Shown here piece after piece: positions 37,700 through 51,669 of a DNA stretch of 64,000 bases. Made by a program: the position numbers and the translations under genes. The DNA is from Octopus vulgaris (Eukaryota), in assembly GCA_951406725.2 (NCBI GenBank), contig OX597814.1, forward strand, positions 140,802,001 to 140,866,000, read 5' to 3'. Numbering within the stretch: position 1 is the first letter of the stretch; every line of letters starts with the position of its first letter. The notes under the pieces were generated by a model. The model was given only the letters and a program-made list of their open reading frames with translations. It ran no database searches and was not told the DNA's origin.

Positions 37700-38250
37700 C
37701 TACAAGCTCCGTTTTCTGCCACTGTCCTGGTCTAATTCCAGCTTCTCCACCCTTCTTGTCTCCTTTCTTTGTCAATGGTCCTTTGCCATGTAGTTTAAGG
37801 GTGCATTGCTGTTCTTTTCCCCAACAGGCTGTCACTTTAGTACCACCATAGAATAGCTTTTTCAATTTTGTCTGAGGGCATGTCCAATCCAGTTCCAGCA
37901 TCTGCATCTTATTTCATCACTTATCCTGTTGATGTCCGTTGTCATCTCAATTGTGTCATTTCGGACTCTTTGCAACCACTTGATGCCGAGCATTCTCCTT
38001 AAGTATGGGAAATGGAAGTTGCCCATAGTTTTTTTCTTCCATTTTTGTCACCTTCCTGATTTCACACCTGTAGAGTTATACTGGTCAGATCAATGTCTTG
38101 AACAGCCTCAGCTTCGTTTTGAAGCCTTTGCCTTTGCCTTTACTTTTCCATACCTTTGTTAGATTGTAGAAAACTCTCCAGGATATTCTGTTCTTTATAT
38201 CTTTAAATATGTTGAACAATGTACTCTTAGATATACATAAAAAATCTAGA
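37700..38250 (-). pseudogene. RTE-clade LINE 3' relic
   Basis: Minus strand gives RCWNWIGHALRQ...W/*QPVG, RTE-type C-terminal motifs. Confidence 0.6.
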
Positions 38251-38768
38251 AGGTCATGGCTGGAACGTCTTTGAATGAAGCTGACTTGGGGTTATAACTA
38301 CATCATCATAATAAACATCACTATTACAACTACTACAAAGACTACCACCACCACCACCACCATTGCCCTCTCTTCCCATAACAACCATCCACCTTACGCT
38401 CATAGTAAGTCTCTCAAAAAACAATGATAAATAGCCACATCAAGTCATTATCAAGTTAAACAATTAGTACCAAAATACATAGCCAATGAACTAATTAATA
38501 AGTGAAATGATGTTAACGAACATAACAAAGTTGCTAAAGCAATGATCCTTCGTTAATATAATTAATGAATGTAGTCTGTCTAAGAAGTGAGACATGAATT
38601 TATAACTCTGCTAATAACAGACCAGATTAGCTTAATCTTACTGAGTATTGCATCAGATTTGTTTAATTTGATTGGAATGGTAGAATCTGGTTTAATCTGT
38701 CTGCAAAAGTAATTTGGTTGCAGCAAACAGGAAATCAATATTTATTGATAGTGATTGAAGAGTTTAAC

Positions 38769-38771
<3 letters not shown>

Positions 38772-38833
<62 letters not shown>

Positions 38834-38862
38834 TATTATTATTAGTATTATTACAATTATTA

Positions 38863-38922
<60 letters not shown>
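38772..38922. repeat. (ATT)n microsatellite
   Basis: Directly visible. Confidence 0.95.
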
Positions 38923-38923
<1 letters not shown>

Positions 38924-39368
38924 TGAGTGAGAGACCAGTACACATCATCAAAGTGATCCTGGAGTACAGATATACTAAGCCCAATAGATACTCATCATAA
39001 CTACTCGTCTGATAAGAGTACATCAGGCACATTCATCACCACCATAAGTGTGTGACATAGTGATCTCATATCAAGATAAACAGCGCATGAGCTTGCAAGT
39101 GGGACCCAGTTAAAATTTTCTTCATGTCGCTTAACCTATCCTGCTCAAAAGGTCCCTGAATAAGGTTTGTTTAAGGATGATGAATGAAACATGTATGTTA
39201 CCAGATGTGAATTATTCAAACCCCCCCCAAATCCCTCTCAATACACGGCATTATACTGGAATATATTTTTGCTAATTCAGTTTTATTAAAAACCTATTTT
39301 TTCAACTTATAGCAAATTTTAGAAACTTCTATCTATATTTCTTTATTTAAACTTATAACTGTTTATTA

Positions 39369-39412
<44 letters not shown>

Positions 39413-39947
39413 ATCCTTTCTACTATAGGCACAAGGCCTGACATTATTTGGACAGGGGACTAGTTGATTACATAGACTCCAATGTTTCACTGGTACTTAA
39501 TTTATCGACCCTGTAAGGATGAAAGGCAAAGTTGACCTCGGTGAAATTTGAACTCAGAACATAGAGACGGATGAAATGCCTCTCACTGAGAATTTTGTCT
39601 GGCATGCCAATGATTCTGCCAGCTCACCACTTTAAGGTTTAATAATAATGATGATGATAATGACGACGATTCATTATTTTCAAAATTAATTGAAACAGAG
39701 GAATTGTATTTCAACAGAAATAGGATAACAAAAGGGTTAAAGAAATAACTTAAGACAATATTAAAGAAATCAATATTGTAAAGTAAATTAATGTGATGCA
39801 GAGTTGAGAAGGATCACTGGATAAGGTATTGAATTACATACTCATAGGTCATGAATTTAAAAGTTCAAATCTGCTGCATGCTTTTCAGTGTGTTTCAAAA
39901 AGAAAGAAAAAATATTATTGTTGAATGCCTCATTTCATCTATCTGTT

Positions 39948-40031
39948 GTGTCAAATCATCTGGAACATCTGTTAAATCATCTGGAGTATATGTCAAATCA
40001 AATGGAATATGTGTTAAATCTCTAGGAATGT
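39948..40031. repeat. Four degenerate 21-bp tandem units
   Basis: TGTYAAATCATCTGGARYATV repeated four times. Confidence 0.7.
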
Positions 40032-41435
40032 TACTTGTGATAGACCAGCATCTTATCCAGGAAGGCTATATATCTTGACCATTCAAACCATGAATACAGA
40101 GTTAAACACTAACTCTTATACCTGACCCTGCTCCTGAACTAAACCTTGGTTCTTATTATGTCTTTGTCCTTCAATCTCCAAGGGACTTTTGGAGAAGACA
40201 TCTTTTTATAACAAAGGTAGAATTGCCAAGGATAATTTCTGCTGTAACTAAATGTTTTTTTAGTATTTACTTTTCTTCCCTTGTTTATCTGAGTTAAACA
40301 CTAGTATCAACTTCGACTTGTATTAAACTGCAGAGTGATAAGATAAATATCAGTCATGCACTGGGAATTGACTCTGCCAACAATATTCTACTCAACAAAA
40401 TTGTGGCTTTGTATCAATGTCAAAAATTTCCATTTGTTATCAATAATATGCATTCACTATTTGTGCTTAGAACATATTTGAAAACATTTGTGTATCCGTA
40501 TATTTGCGACAGCACATTGATTTTATATTAACAAATCTTTTAGGGTGATTTTCTTTTTGTAATGATTAATATTACAAATTCATTTGTTATATAATATTTT
40601 AGATTGAGTTTCTGATTAAGATGGTTTAATTTATCCACTCTTGCCATTTTTACCAATTTCACCCACCTTTCAATAAATTCAGTCAGAGACAAGAAGTCTC
40701 TTTCCAACCATACCTTTCTTTTCAAGTGAAACTTGAAAGTCAGTGAAGATTCTACCAAAGAGGCAAGTTTCTTTCTTCATACCCATCAACCTCATCTTCT
40801 ATGCAACCTCTTTTGCTATAGCCACCAGAGAGAAGAAAACTGCTTTCCTGCTCAGTTAGAGAAGGGCACTGGTGTAGTCATCACTATAGACTTGGCTGTA
40901 GGCTGGATCTGTTCAACATGTGACAGCTACAGTTTGACAATTCCACAAGTTAGAAATGCCTGGACACTGAATGAATGTGCACAAAACTGTTTTGTTGCTC
41001 TGTGCACATCTTTGTCAGGCCTATCTGATGGCACTTCTATGTCTGAAGAGTTCATGCTGAACTAGTAGTGCCTTTTGGTAGAACTGCCAGGCCAAGGGCT
41101 ACTGGAGATTATCCATGATAGTCCCTGGTTAGAAAGTTCTCTGAAACAGACTAGTCTGTTTGTTTCCATACCACTTTTTATTTATAGCTGTGGTAATGAG
41201 AGGCCATGCTTAGTGTTATTTAGCTAATGATTGGTCAGAACTGATTACTTATCTAGAGCTGTATTATTGGCAGATCTGTATTCACATTTATCTAGAGCTG
41301 TATTTATAGAGCACTATTGCTGACAAATAAGTACCACATTCTTCTAGAGCTGACAGGCAGTACTCACTTTAGCAAACTGCAGCCTGTGGGACTTTCTGAA
41401 TGGCATACCAATGAATAACCTTGATTTTACTTAGT

Positions 41436-41876
41436 AGACGTGCAACCAAACGCATACCCTCCATCAGACACCTACCATATTCTGAGCCACTTGTTTCCCT
41501 GAGCATGGATTCACTGAAGCTCTGGTGTCTGGCGACGGACTTGGTAAACACCCACAAAGTTATCAACCACCTCACCAACAACAACACTGAACACCTTTTT
41601 GATCTCCATGTGTCTAACACACGTGGACATGCCTACAAAGTCAGAAAACAACACAGCTCCCATGACTTCCGGAAACATTTTTTCACATTCAGAGTTGCTG
41701 AAGCATGGAATAAACTGCCTGCGTCAGTTGTTGACTGCCATGACACTGCATCCTTTAAGGCCCTCATGCTTTCCGAAATCCGCCAAAACTACACCTGATT
41801 ATATATACACTTTAGATGAGTTGTAGTGCACCTGAGCACTGTACACAATTATTATTATTATTATTATTATTATTAT
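41436..41876 (+). mobile_element. 5'-truncated CR1/L2-group LINE 3' end with (ATT)n tail
   Basis: RRATKRIPSIRHLPYSE.L..L...SL..TRGH.YK....FRKHFFTFRVAEAWNKLP. Confidence 0.88.
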
Positions 41877-42384
41877 AGTGCATTCACCTTAAAAACATTT
41901 GTGCATAACTGCTTTAGAGCTATATTGCTGACAAACCAGTTCTTACAGTTGTCATACTATTATGAATTCAATACAATAAATCACATTAGATTCTTGATCA
42001 CTGATTCATGAAATCTTATATCCTTGTCATTTGTCTGTGGCCAAAGAAAATATTTATAAATATCTGTTGACTAAGGAAAACACCTATGCTCCTCATAATG
42101 GCTGAACCACCCTATAGTTTCTGTCCACTCAGTATAATCCACTCTGTTGTTCAGTGAGAACTCCTAGATATCCACAAAGCTAGTACTGTGGGTCCATGAA
42201 CTGAATTTGAAATTTGTTGAGTAAACAGATCTTTCAAAAGCTTGAAGTCCATGGAAAAATTAATTTAAATAAAAGAGCTCCTTGGTAGTGAAAAAGTTGG
42301 GAATGTCTGCTAGACATCATTGCCCGACCTGCTAGAAATAGCTATTTTTAGAAATATATATTTATAGCAGGCCTTACAATTATA

Positions 42385-42545
42385 CAAGGGTGTGCTGAAA
42401 AGTTTCCTGGCTTTAAGGATATTGTGAAAGGCCTGGTTGGTGGCTTAGCCTTCCAAGTTCTTTTACAGGGCTTAGAAAAACTGAAGGACTGCTGCAATGA
42501 GTGTGTGAATCTGAGAGGGGAATATGTTGAATGAAATCATAATTA
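42385..42545 (+). mobile_element. mariner-derived MITE or relic
   Basis: TA-CAAGGGTGTGCTGAAAAGTTTCCTGG terminus; C..CVNLRGEYVE* transposase end. Confidence 0.65.
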
Positions 42546-44571
42546 TTTGAGGGTGAATATTTGAAATGTCTAGCTAGTTAGATAGAAATAAATAGATGGT
42601 CAGAAAGATTGATAGAAAGACTGGAAGATAGATAGACATACACTTGAAGAGATGCACGGAGAGAGACAGATAAGTAGATATGACCATCATCATCATTTAA
42701 TGCTGGTATGGGCTGGTATGAGTTGGACGGTTTGGCTAGAGCTAGCAATGCCAGGAGCTGCACCAGCTTCCATAGTCTGGTTTGGCTTAGTCTCTACAGT
42801 TGGATGCCCTTCCTAATGCTAACCACTCCACAGAGTGTACTGAGTGTCTTTTATGTATCACCAGCACCAGCGCTTTTTATGTGGCACTATTACCATTCCT
42901 TTTTATATGGTACCAGTGCCAGTGTTTTTTACATGGTACCAGCACCAGTGCTTCTTATGTGGTGCTAGCACCAGTATTTTTTGGGTGTTAGAGGATGAAA
43001 TGTGGGTGGGGAGAGAAGTTGACAGGGCAAAGCCCCTCATGACATGCATTACCAAGGTGGTTTTAGGATATCAATTCTGTCATGGTGAGTGGGTCTTCTT
43101 GAGTACAACAATCTGTCTTATATCTTGGTCCTTTGTAGATATGTAGATACAATTTGGCTGAAAGACAGCCACATTAGTAGGTAGAAAAGAGAGAGGGAAA
43201 ACTGAGAGAGAAAGAGAGAGAGAGAGGGAGAGAAAGAGAGAATCACTGAGGGGAAAAACAAAGAGAAATATTCGAATAACAAAGAAATAATGTAAATTGA
43301 AAATAAATAAATAGCTGGTTATAATATGAGTGTGCACATGTGTCTGTGGAACAGAGAGAGGGAGAGGGAGAGAGAGAGTAATGATTCTATGTTTAAGGTT
43401 TTACAAGGGGAGGAGGAGAAAGAGAGAGAAAGAGGGAGAGTGAGTAATGATTCTGTGTTTCAAGTTTTACAAAGGCAGAAATAATTTTGAATTGTGTTGA
43501 AAAATTCTGCTGAATTTTGTTTTATTCTTTTCTACTCCAGACACAAGGCTTGAAATTTTAGGGGAAGGGGCCAGTTGATTAGATCAACCTCAGTATGCAA
43601 CTGGTACTTAATTTGTCAACTCCGAAAGGATGAAAGGCAAAGTTGACCTCAGCAGAATTTGTACTCAGAACATAAAAACAGACGGAATACCGCTAGGCAT
43701 TTTGCCTGGTGTGCTAACGTCTCTGCCAGCTTGTTGCCTTGAAGTTTACTTATAAATAATAATGGCAGTGCCCCAGCACTAACTGAAACTGATAACAGAA
43801 TATATTAATATAATTAATATATAAATAATAGAATATATTACAGATATCTGATGGGAATATTTAGAGTAAATAAGGGTTAGAATTTATTAACCTAGAAATA
43901 TTGGTTTCAAATTTTCACACAAGACCAGCAATTCTGGGGAAAGGGGCTAGTCGCTTACATCACCCATAGAGTTCAATTGGTACTTATTTTATCAACCCCA
44001 AAAGGATGAAAGGCATAGTTGACCTTGGTGGAACTTGAACTCTGAACATAGAAATGGACAAAGTGCCATTAAGCATTTTGCCTGGCATGTTAGCAATTCT
44101 GCCAGCTTGTCACCTTGTATTAATTTAGAAATATTTCATAGTCTTTGGGCAGTGTTTAATTTTATAAGGTAATGATTTAGTTGACAATGTATTGACTCAT
44201 CAAAGAGATAAATGGATTATGTGAATCAAAATTGAATCAAAATTAGAGCGGGAAAAAAGCTGTTTTGATTAACGATTAATTTAAGCGAGGGTCTGATTAG
44301 TTGTAGCGGATGTGTATTTGTCAGGTAAATGATTTGATCTGAGACTGTTGAAATTAAAGTAATTACAGCCTGAAAGACATATTAACCATTCAAAAACACA
44401 TAAATATTGATAACTTCACTTTTATTATTTGATGTCAAAATTTTCATAATATCAGCTGTGAGCTGGTTATCAATGCAGTTTCACTGATTAATTATTGATC
44501 ACGTTAAATTCTTTGATGATAGGAATCTGCCTGAAACTCCCTAGTTCTGTGGTACAAAACTGCCTGTTTAA

Positions 44572-45388
44572 CCCTTCAGCATTTAAGCCGGCCATATCCA
44601 GCTGAAATAATCTACCTGTTTTATCTTGGAACTGGCTACATCTGACCTCACACTTATCTTACAATATTACTCTTAAAATAAACAATGGCATAGGAGTGGC
44701 TGTGTGGCAAGTAGCTTGCTTACCAACCACATAGTTCTGGGTTCAGTCCCACTGCGTAGCACCTTAGGCAAGTGTCTTCTGCTATAGCCTCGGGCTGACC
44801 AAAGCCTTGTGAGTGGATTTGGTAGATGGAAACTGACAAAAGCCTGCCATGTGTGTGTGTGTGTGTGTTTGTGTGTCTGTATTTGTCGCCCACCATCACT
44901 TGACAACCGATGGTGGCATGTCTACATCCCCATAACTTAGTGGTTCGGCAAAAGAGACCGATAGAAAAAGTACTAGGCTTACAAAGAATAAGTCCTGGGG
45001 TTGATTTGTTCCATTAAAGGCAGTGCTCCAGCATGGCCACAGTCAAATGACTGAAACAAATAAGAAAATAAGAAAATGTGTATCTGTGTTAGTTCCCCTA
45101 CCATTGCTTGACAACCAATGTTGGTGTGTTTACGTTCCCGTAACTTAGTGGTTCGGCAAAAGAGACCGATACAGTAAGTACTAAGCTTACAAAGAATAAG
45201 TCTTGGGGTTGATTTGTTCGACTAAAGGCAGTGCTCCAGCATGGCCACAGTCAAATGACTGAAACAAGTAAAAGAATAAAAGAATGATGTCATTGAAATC
45301 TCAAAGTTAAAAAGTAATGGATGATTCACTCATATGAGTGTCAATAAATAAGCATTGCATTTGACAGAGAATTCTGAATGCTAAAGGG
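44572..45388. mobile_element. piggyBac-like MITE (TTAA TSD) carrying a family-A SINE (44687-45285) with a duplicated tail
   Basis: TTAA-CCCTTCAGCATT...AATGCTAAAGGG-TTAA. Confidence 0.78.
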
Positions 45389-45515
45389 TTAAACTGGCCA
45401 TATCCGGCCAAAATGTTTTACTTGTTTTATGTTCAAACTGTCTGGATCCAGCTTCTTACACTTCTTATATCAAATACATGTGGGTTGATTTGGTAGATGG
45501 AAAGTCAAAGAAGCT

Positions 45516-45562
<47 letters not shown>

Positions 45563-45569
45563 ACCCAAT

Positions 45570-45802
45570 TTTTCATCTGATGTTACATTGTCCACGTCTT
45601 TTGGTCTGATGTTTTTTTTTGTCCAACAATTTTTTGTCCAATTTTAAATAAACTCTTTAGAGAACAAGGTGACCATCAAAATCAAATAGCCATTGAGAAT
45701 TTTATTGATAGGATTTGTTGTGGGACTAAAGAATCATCGGACAAAAAGACGTTGGACCAAAAGATGTGGACGAAAAGATGTTTGATGAAAAGACATAGCA
45801 CC
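45570..45802. mobile_element. Foldback-like MITE with modular TIRs
   Basis: TTTTCATC...GTCCACGTCTTTTGGTC pairs with GACCAAAAGATGTGGAC...GATGAAAA. Confidence 0.6.
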
Positions 45803-45817
45803 ATGTATATATATAAA

Positions 45818-45907
<90 letters not shown>

Positions 45908-47042
45908 AGACTGAGGCTGTTTCCTTACATTGACATCATGTGAGAGTTGTGAAATAGTGTCACCATCATGCAAACGGTGTCCAATGTTATTCTAAAAATA
46001 AACAATCACATCATGAAAATCTTGAAGCTATGAGATAATACTTGATTGATTCAAAACAATGAGAATAGATATTATATTTTAACAGAGTAATCTGAATGAG
46101 TTAAATTGTTCATATTAATATCAAGAACCTTCTTCGATAATTGAATGGTGAAACCTCTTTGTTTAAAACAGGCGTTGGCAAAAGCAAGGAAGGGTGTTCT
46201 TTGTGGGCCGTGACCCTTTTCTAAAAATTTTTGAAATTTAATTTTATTCATGAGCCATTGAAATGTTAATGGATTTTAGATAGATTTTTGTGACAGGATT
46301 TGTTTTAATTGTTGCTAAAATAAGCAATGCAACTGATGGAAATATGGGGCAGGATATGCAGTGATATTTTTATTATGCAAGATATAATGATATAATACAA
46401 TGGAACTAATAAATAATAAATACTAGGCTAATAACCAGACTAATAAATACCAGGTCCCTCCCCTATAAATGTTAGTGAAATTTTTGCCCACCCCACTTAT
46501 TAATGAGAATATGTATTAGAGATTATGAGGCATGCAATCCTTCTTTCCTAGCCTTGGTGTTGGACAAACTTAAAAGCCATATTAATTTTATCAAACATGA
46601 CAATTTTATTAAACATGAATTTTCTGAATTCTTACACCCTTCTTCCCACCGCCACCATGAGAAATACTCAGTCATTAGCAAATGTAATAAATGAAATAAA
46701 TAAAATAAATAATTAAATAAATCAATAAATTAATGTAAAAAAGTAAGTTGCTGATCCTGGTTTTAGAAATATTCCAAACTGTCTAATTGTGATATGGTCA
46801 CTTATTTTACTATTTAATAAAATAATTTATTTTATATGCAATAGTTAAAAAATGTGTGTGTGTGTGTGTATGTGTGTGTGTGTATGTGTACACACATACA
46901 CATTTATATATGTACTGTGGTTATGTGGTAAAGAGTTTGCTTCCCAGCCACACGGTTATGGACAAGTATCTTTAACCATAGCTCTAGGCTGACCAAATGC
47001 TTGTGAGTGGATTTAGTAGATGGAAATTGAAAGAAACCCATC

Positions 47043-48168
47043 ATGACATGCTGTACTGCTTGGCATTCATACTAGAAGCTCCAATATGAACATTTCAGAG
47101 TGTTTGGGTGTCAATTTGAGGACAGTGCAGAGGATTTGGAAAGAGTTGGTTGAGTCTAATGGTGATTATGAAGGTATGGCCACTCGGAAAGCTTACTCTG
47201 ATCATTCTGGTAAGGAAAGAACTCCTGAACCTGTTGGTGAGATCCAGGCCATGATTGACAACGATCCCTCCAAGTCAATCCGGTCCATCACCAGGGACAT
47301 GGGAGTGTCTGAGTTTCTTATCAGGCAGGTAGTGCATGAAGACATTTGGTATTCCTCATACAAGATGAGAAATGGCCAATTTTTATCCCAACCCATCAAG
47401 GACAAGAGGAAAGACAGCACTATGAAGCTTTTCAACAAACTCAAGCATCCCCTCCAACTGAACATGCTTTGGTTTTCTCAGACGAGAAAAATTTCTGCCA
47501 GGATCAGATGGTGAATACACAGAACAACCGTTGGCTTGCTGTGTACTGAGAGTGATAAAAACCAAACATCCAGTCAACATCATGTTGTTTGAAGTGATCA
47601 CAATTGATGGCAATGTTATGCCTCCATTCGTCTTGCCACACAGCCTCAAACTCAACACAGAGGCTGACATCAAGTGCCTGGAGAAAGTAGTGCTGCCCTG
47701 GGTGAAGAGGGTAGCTGCTGGAAAACCCGATGTCTGGCAACAGGATTCTACACCATGCCACACAAGCAGGAGAACCCAGTCATGGCTGTCACAATTTCTG
47801 TGACCACACCACCCCTAACATCTGGCCACTTAACTCCCCAGATTGCAACTCCCTTCATTATCATGTGTGGGGTGCAACTGAGTGAGAGACCAAAAACGAT
47901 TCCTTGTAACACCAAAGATGAACTGAAGGCCAATATTATGGTAGCATTCACCTACTTAAACAAAGAGACCGCCCAGAAGAGTTGCAGGACATTTCAAAGT
48001 TATCTGAAGGCTGTAGTTGAAGCCAATGGCAATTTTATTGAATAAATTTACTTTTTAGTATTTCAAGATATTTTTATGTAATTTTGATAAATATATCTGT
48101 TAAAATGAGACGTCAGTGTTATTTTCATTTTCTCATAATTTAGATGACAGTTTATTCACTGCACCCTG
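47043..48168 (+). pseudogene. Tc1/mariner-superfamily (maT/DD37D-like) transposase pseudogene with right TIR
   Basis: HTH ISECLGVNLRTVQRI; VFSDEKNF, WQQDSTPCH and WPLNSPDCN; frameshifted; ends CTGCACCCTG-TA. Confidence 0.88.
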
Positions 48169-48565
48169 TATACACACACACACAAACACACACTACACTT
48201 CACCACACATACAGTTTTTGAAATTCTTCACTACAGTTAAAATTACAGTAAGACTGCACTTTGTTAGAAGCACAACCATGAAAATGGTTAAACTTATTCA
48301 GCTCTTTTCAAGAAGAATTAAAGCTTGTAATGCCTTAATTGGTGTTGCTTAGAAGTGAACCAGTGATCTAACATTATTAATGTGTCACGTTTCAACCTGT
48401 TTGTTTGACCGCACAGCTTACTATGACTATACATTTTTTTTTTATTTGAGCAAATGAAAATGTGTGGGTCTTGTAGTTTGATCTTCACATCATGTCAACT
48501 TTGATGAATAGCCTGTTCTCTTTCTGTTAAAAATCTCATGTTAAAAGCCAAGATATTTCACAATG

Positions 48566-48655
48566 GGGAGTAGAAAATCCAACATTTCAGACACAGTCCT
48601 TCTCCAGAGAAAAGTTGGCAGGAGTGAAATTATGAGAGGCAGCAGTTTTACATCC
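48566..48655 (-). mobile_element. Penelope-like pLTR fragment, left inverted partner of 49660-49756
   Basis: Its reverse complement aligns with 49660-49756; contains CTGGAGA-A-GGAC-tgt-GTCT-GAAA-TGTT. Confidence 0.6.
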
Positions 48656-48662
48656 TCTAAAG

Positions 48663-48985
48663 CAGTGGTTTTCAACTGGGGTTCATATGGCCCTTAGGGA
48701 TCCATATAAGATTTTGTGGAAATTGTGTAATAAATAGGTTATACTTCTACAATACACAAAATATTTTAACAATTTTTTCATACAATTCCTAATAATGTTT
48801 AATTATAACATTTAATTATTATTGGCGCAGGAGTGGCTGAATGGTAAGTAGCTTGCTTACCAACCACATGGTTCCAGGTTCAGTCCCACTGTGTGGCACC
48901 TTGGGCAAGTTTCTTCTACTATAGCCTTGGGCTGATCAAAGCCTTGTGAGTGGATTTGGTAGACAGAAACTGAAAGAAGCCTGTC

Positions 48986-49031
<46 letters not shown>

Positions 49032-49315
49032 GTGTGTGTGTATATATGTTTGTGTGTCTGTGTTTGTCCTCCCAACTTGACAACTGATGTTGGTGTGTTT
49101 ATGTCCCCATAACTTGGTGGTTCAGCATAAGAGACCGATAGAATAAGTACTAGGCTTACAAAAAATAAGTCCTGGGGTCGATTTGCTCGACTAAAGGCAG
49201 TACTCCAGCATGGTCGCAATCAAATGATTGAAACAAGTAAAAGAATAAAAGAGTATAAAAGTATAATAGGATAGGTATGAGGGGACCATAGGTAAAAAGT
49301 GGTTGAGAAGCACTA
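48663..49315. mobile_element. hAT MITE (TSD CTCTAAAG/CTCTAAAT) containing a family-A SINE at 48824-49263
   Basis: CAGTGGTTTTCAAC...GTTGAGAAGCACTA. Confidence 0.8.
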
Positions 49316-49711
49316 CTCTAAATTAAGCAACAACAACAACAACAACAAAAAAAACTGGTTGTAACTGATAAGGAATGCAGGACAACAGGAGCTTCATATG
49401 AGAACAGGAAGTGATAGGAAAGAGAAATAGAAGGAAAGAGGAATGAAATTCCTGTGGCCCCATGGGCATTATCAGTTGCAGCCAGTTTTTGGAGAATCTA
49501 AAAGACTTCTGTTAGGAAGGGTTCTAGTTGTAGGAACCATGCCAAGACAGACAGACAGTCGGAGCCTGGACAGTTTTCAGACCACCACCGCTGCTGCCAC
49601 CTAGCCTTTCAATGCAAGCCAATGTGGAAAATGGATGTTAAACAACAATAATGATGAATGATGTAAAATACTGTTGTCTCTCCTTAATTTCTCTCCTGTC
49701 AATTTTTTTTT

Positions 49712-49744
49712 CCCTGAAGAAGGACTCTGTCTGAAAACATTGGG
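49712..49744 (+). ncRNA. Minimal type-I hammerhead ribozyme motif (Penelope-type), degenerate
   Basis: CC-CTGAAGA-A-GGAC-tct-GTCT-GAAA-ACATT-GGG. Confidence 0.55.
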
Positions 49745-50227
49745 TTTTCCACTCCTTGCAGCAAGTTTTCACTGTATTTTTTTTTTAATCAGTTTTACTA
49801 AATAATACAAGTCTTGCTGACTCAGACCAACACCAGTCTCTTTGGAGTCTATTTGATCATAAATTTCACTACAATTATGTTTATAGTCAAAGTTACTTTA
49901 TAGCAGTAGTTTGGAAGTTTTTTTTTTTTTTAATGTTTGTTTTCATCATTTAAACCAAACACCTGTGGTTAGAGCTTCATAATATTGTTGAATTTATAAA
50001 GAAACAGCTGTCTGTATAAGGAAAGAACTATTGTGTTCAGTAAGAGGTAGGTATACACAACTGTATGAATCTGTAGTCATGATCACCATTGCCACCCCCA
50101 ACCCCACCAATCTTGTCATTGTCACTGCTGCCACCACCACCTTCTTCTTTTTCTTCACCACCATCATCATCATCACTAACACTGCCCCCATCACTCCTAT
50201 CATCATCACCAAGAGCAAAAACAATAT

Positions 50228-50443
50228 TCTTTTATTCTTTCACTTGTTTCAGTCATTTGACTGTGGCCATGCTGGAGCACCACCTTAAGGGGTTTTAGTT
50301 GAACAAATCAACCTCAGGACTTATTCTTTGTAAGACTAGTACTTATTCTATTGGTTCTCTTTTGCTGAACTGCTTAGTTACGGGGGATGTAATCACACCA
50401 ACATTTGTTGTCAAGCAATGGTGGTGGGGACAAACACAGACAC

Positions 50444-50474
<31 letters not shown>

Positions 50475-50638
50475 CGACTGGCTTCTTTCAGTTTCTATCT
50501 ACTAAATCCACTCACAAGGCTTTGGCTGACCTGAGGCTATAACAGAAGACACTTGCCCAAGGTGTCACACAGTGGGACTGAACCAGGAACTATGTGGTAG
50601 GGAAGCAAACTTCTTACCACACAAGCACACCTGTGCCT
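50228..50638 (-). mobile_element. SINE family A
   Basis: Reverse-complement match to 48824-49263. Confidence 0.85.
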
Positions 50639-51669
50639 TATATCATCATTTTACATTGCTCCCCCTAATTGTCACCAGTGTACACTGGAGCAACTTGAAA
50701 CGAAGTGTTTTGCTCAGGAATATAACGCACTGCCCGGTCCAGAAACCGAAACCACAATCTTATGATCATGAATGTAGCACTCCTAACTGAGGCCTGGACA
50801 ACTTGAATTACATTGCGGACCACTTTAATCACAGAAAAATTTTTGAGGGCCACTTGTATACTTTATGCACTAATAGTCAAACAACCAAATTACAGAATCA
50901 AGAATTTTTCATACTTGTTTGTTTAAAATTATAAGCCACTTATAAATTAAAAATTCATTTTGAAACAAATGTTTTACACAAACAATTTTATTTTGAAATT
51001 ACGCACAATACTTCAAGAAAGTATCAAGCGGGCTGCAAGATAAAAGTCTGTGAGCAGCAGGCTTCAGGTTGACCAGCCCTGCACTAACCATGTACCCCCG
51101 CACGCACATGTATATAGGCCATGGGCAGATGTAAAAAGAAATACCAGAAATGGGTCATTCTAAGTTATTGATTCCAGGCTTAAAGCAATATTTTTTTTAA
51201 CCTTCTTTAGAACTTCTAGATTTAATACACAGTAAATAGTGAAAGAAAAATACGAACTATTTTTAGTAAAGAATGATTTCAGAGAATTTCAATTTTTTCT
51301 ATTTCATTTCATTATTATTATTATTGAGGCAAGACAGAGCCCACGATCCTTCTGGAGGGCCTTTGAGACAGGTTGAAGGGAGGTAGGAAGTCATCCTTAA
51401 TCAGGGGACCTGGCCCGAAGGTGCCAGGTGGTGGGATTACACAGAGTGATGGATTAAGTCTGCCATCCTTGCAGCCTATGGTGAGATTTGAACTAAGGAC
51501 ACAAAGATCTGGGACAAATAACACAAAGTATCCTTTCCAACGTTTTTACAGTTCCACCAACCCACCTTCTTCGATTGGCACCATTTTTTCTATCAACTCT
51601 AAAAGGATGAAAGCAAGGTTAAACTCGGTGGCGTTTATTACCAAAAGCAGAATTTTATATCCAATCTGG

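Noticed and set aside
40733-41140. 110-aa ORF on the plus strand
   Set aside because: No recognisable domain or splice context; the opposite strand looks like a heavily decayed LINE endonuclease, too weak to call
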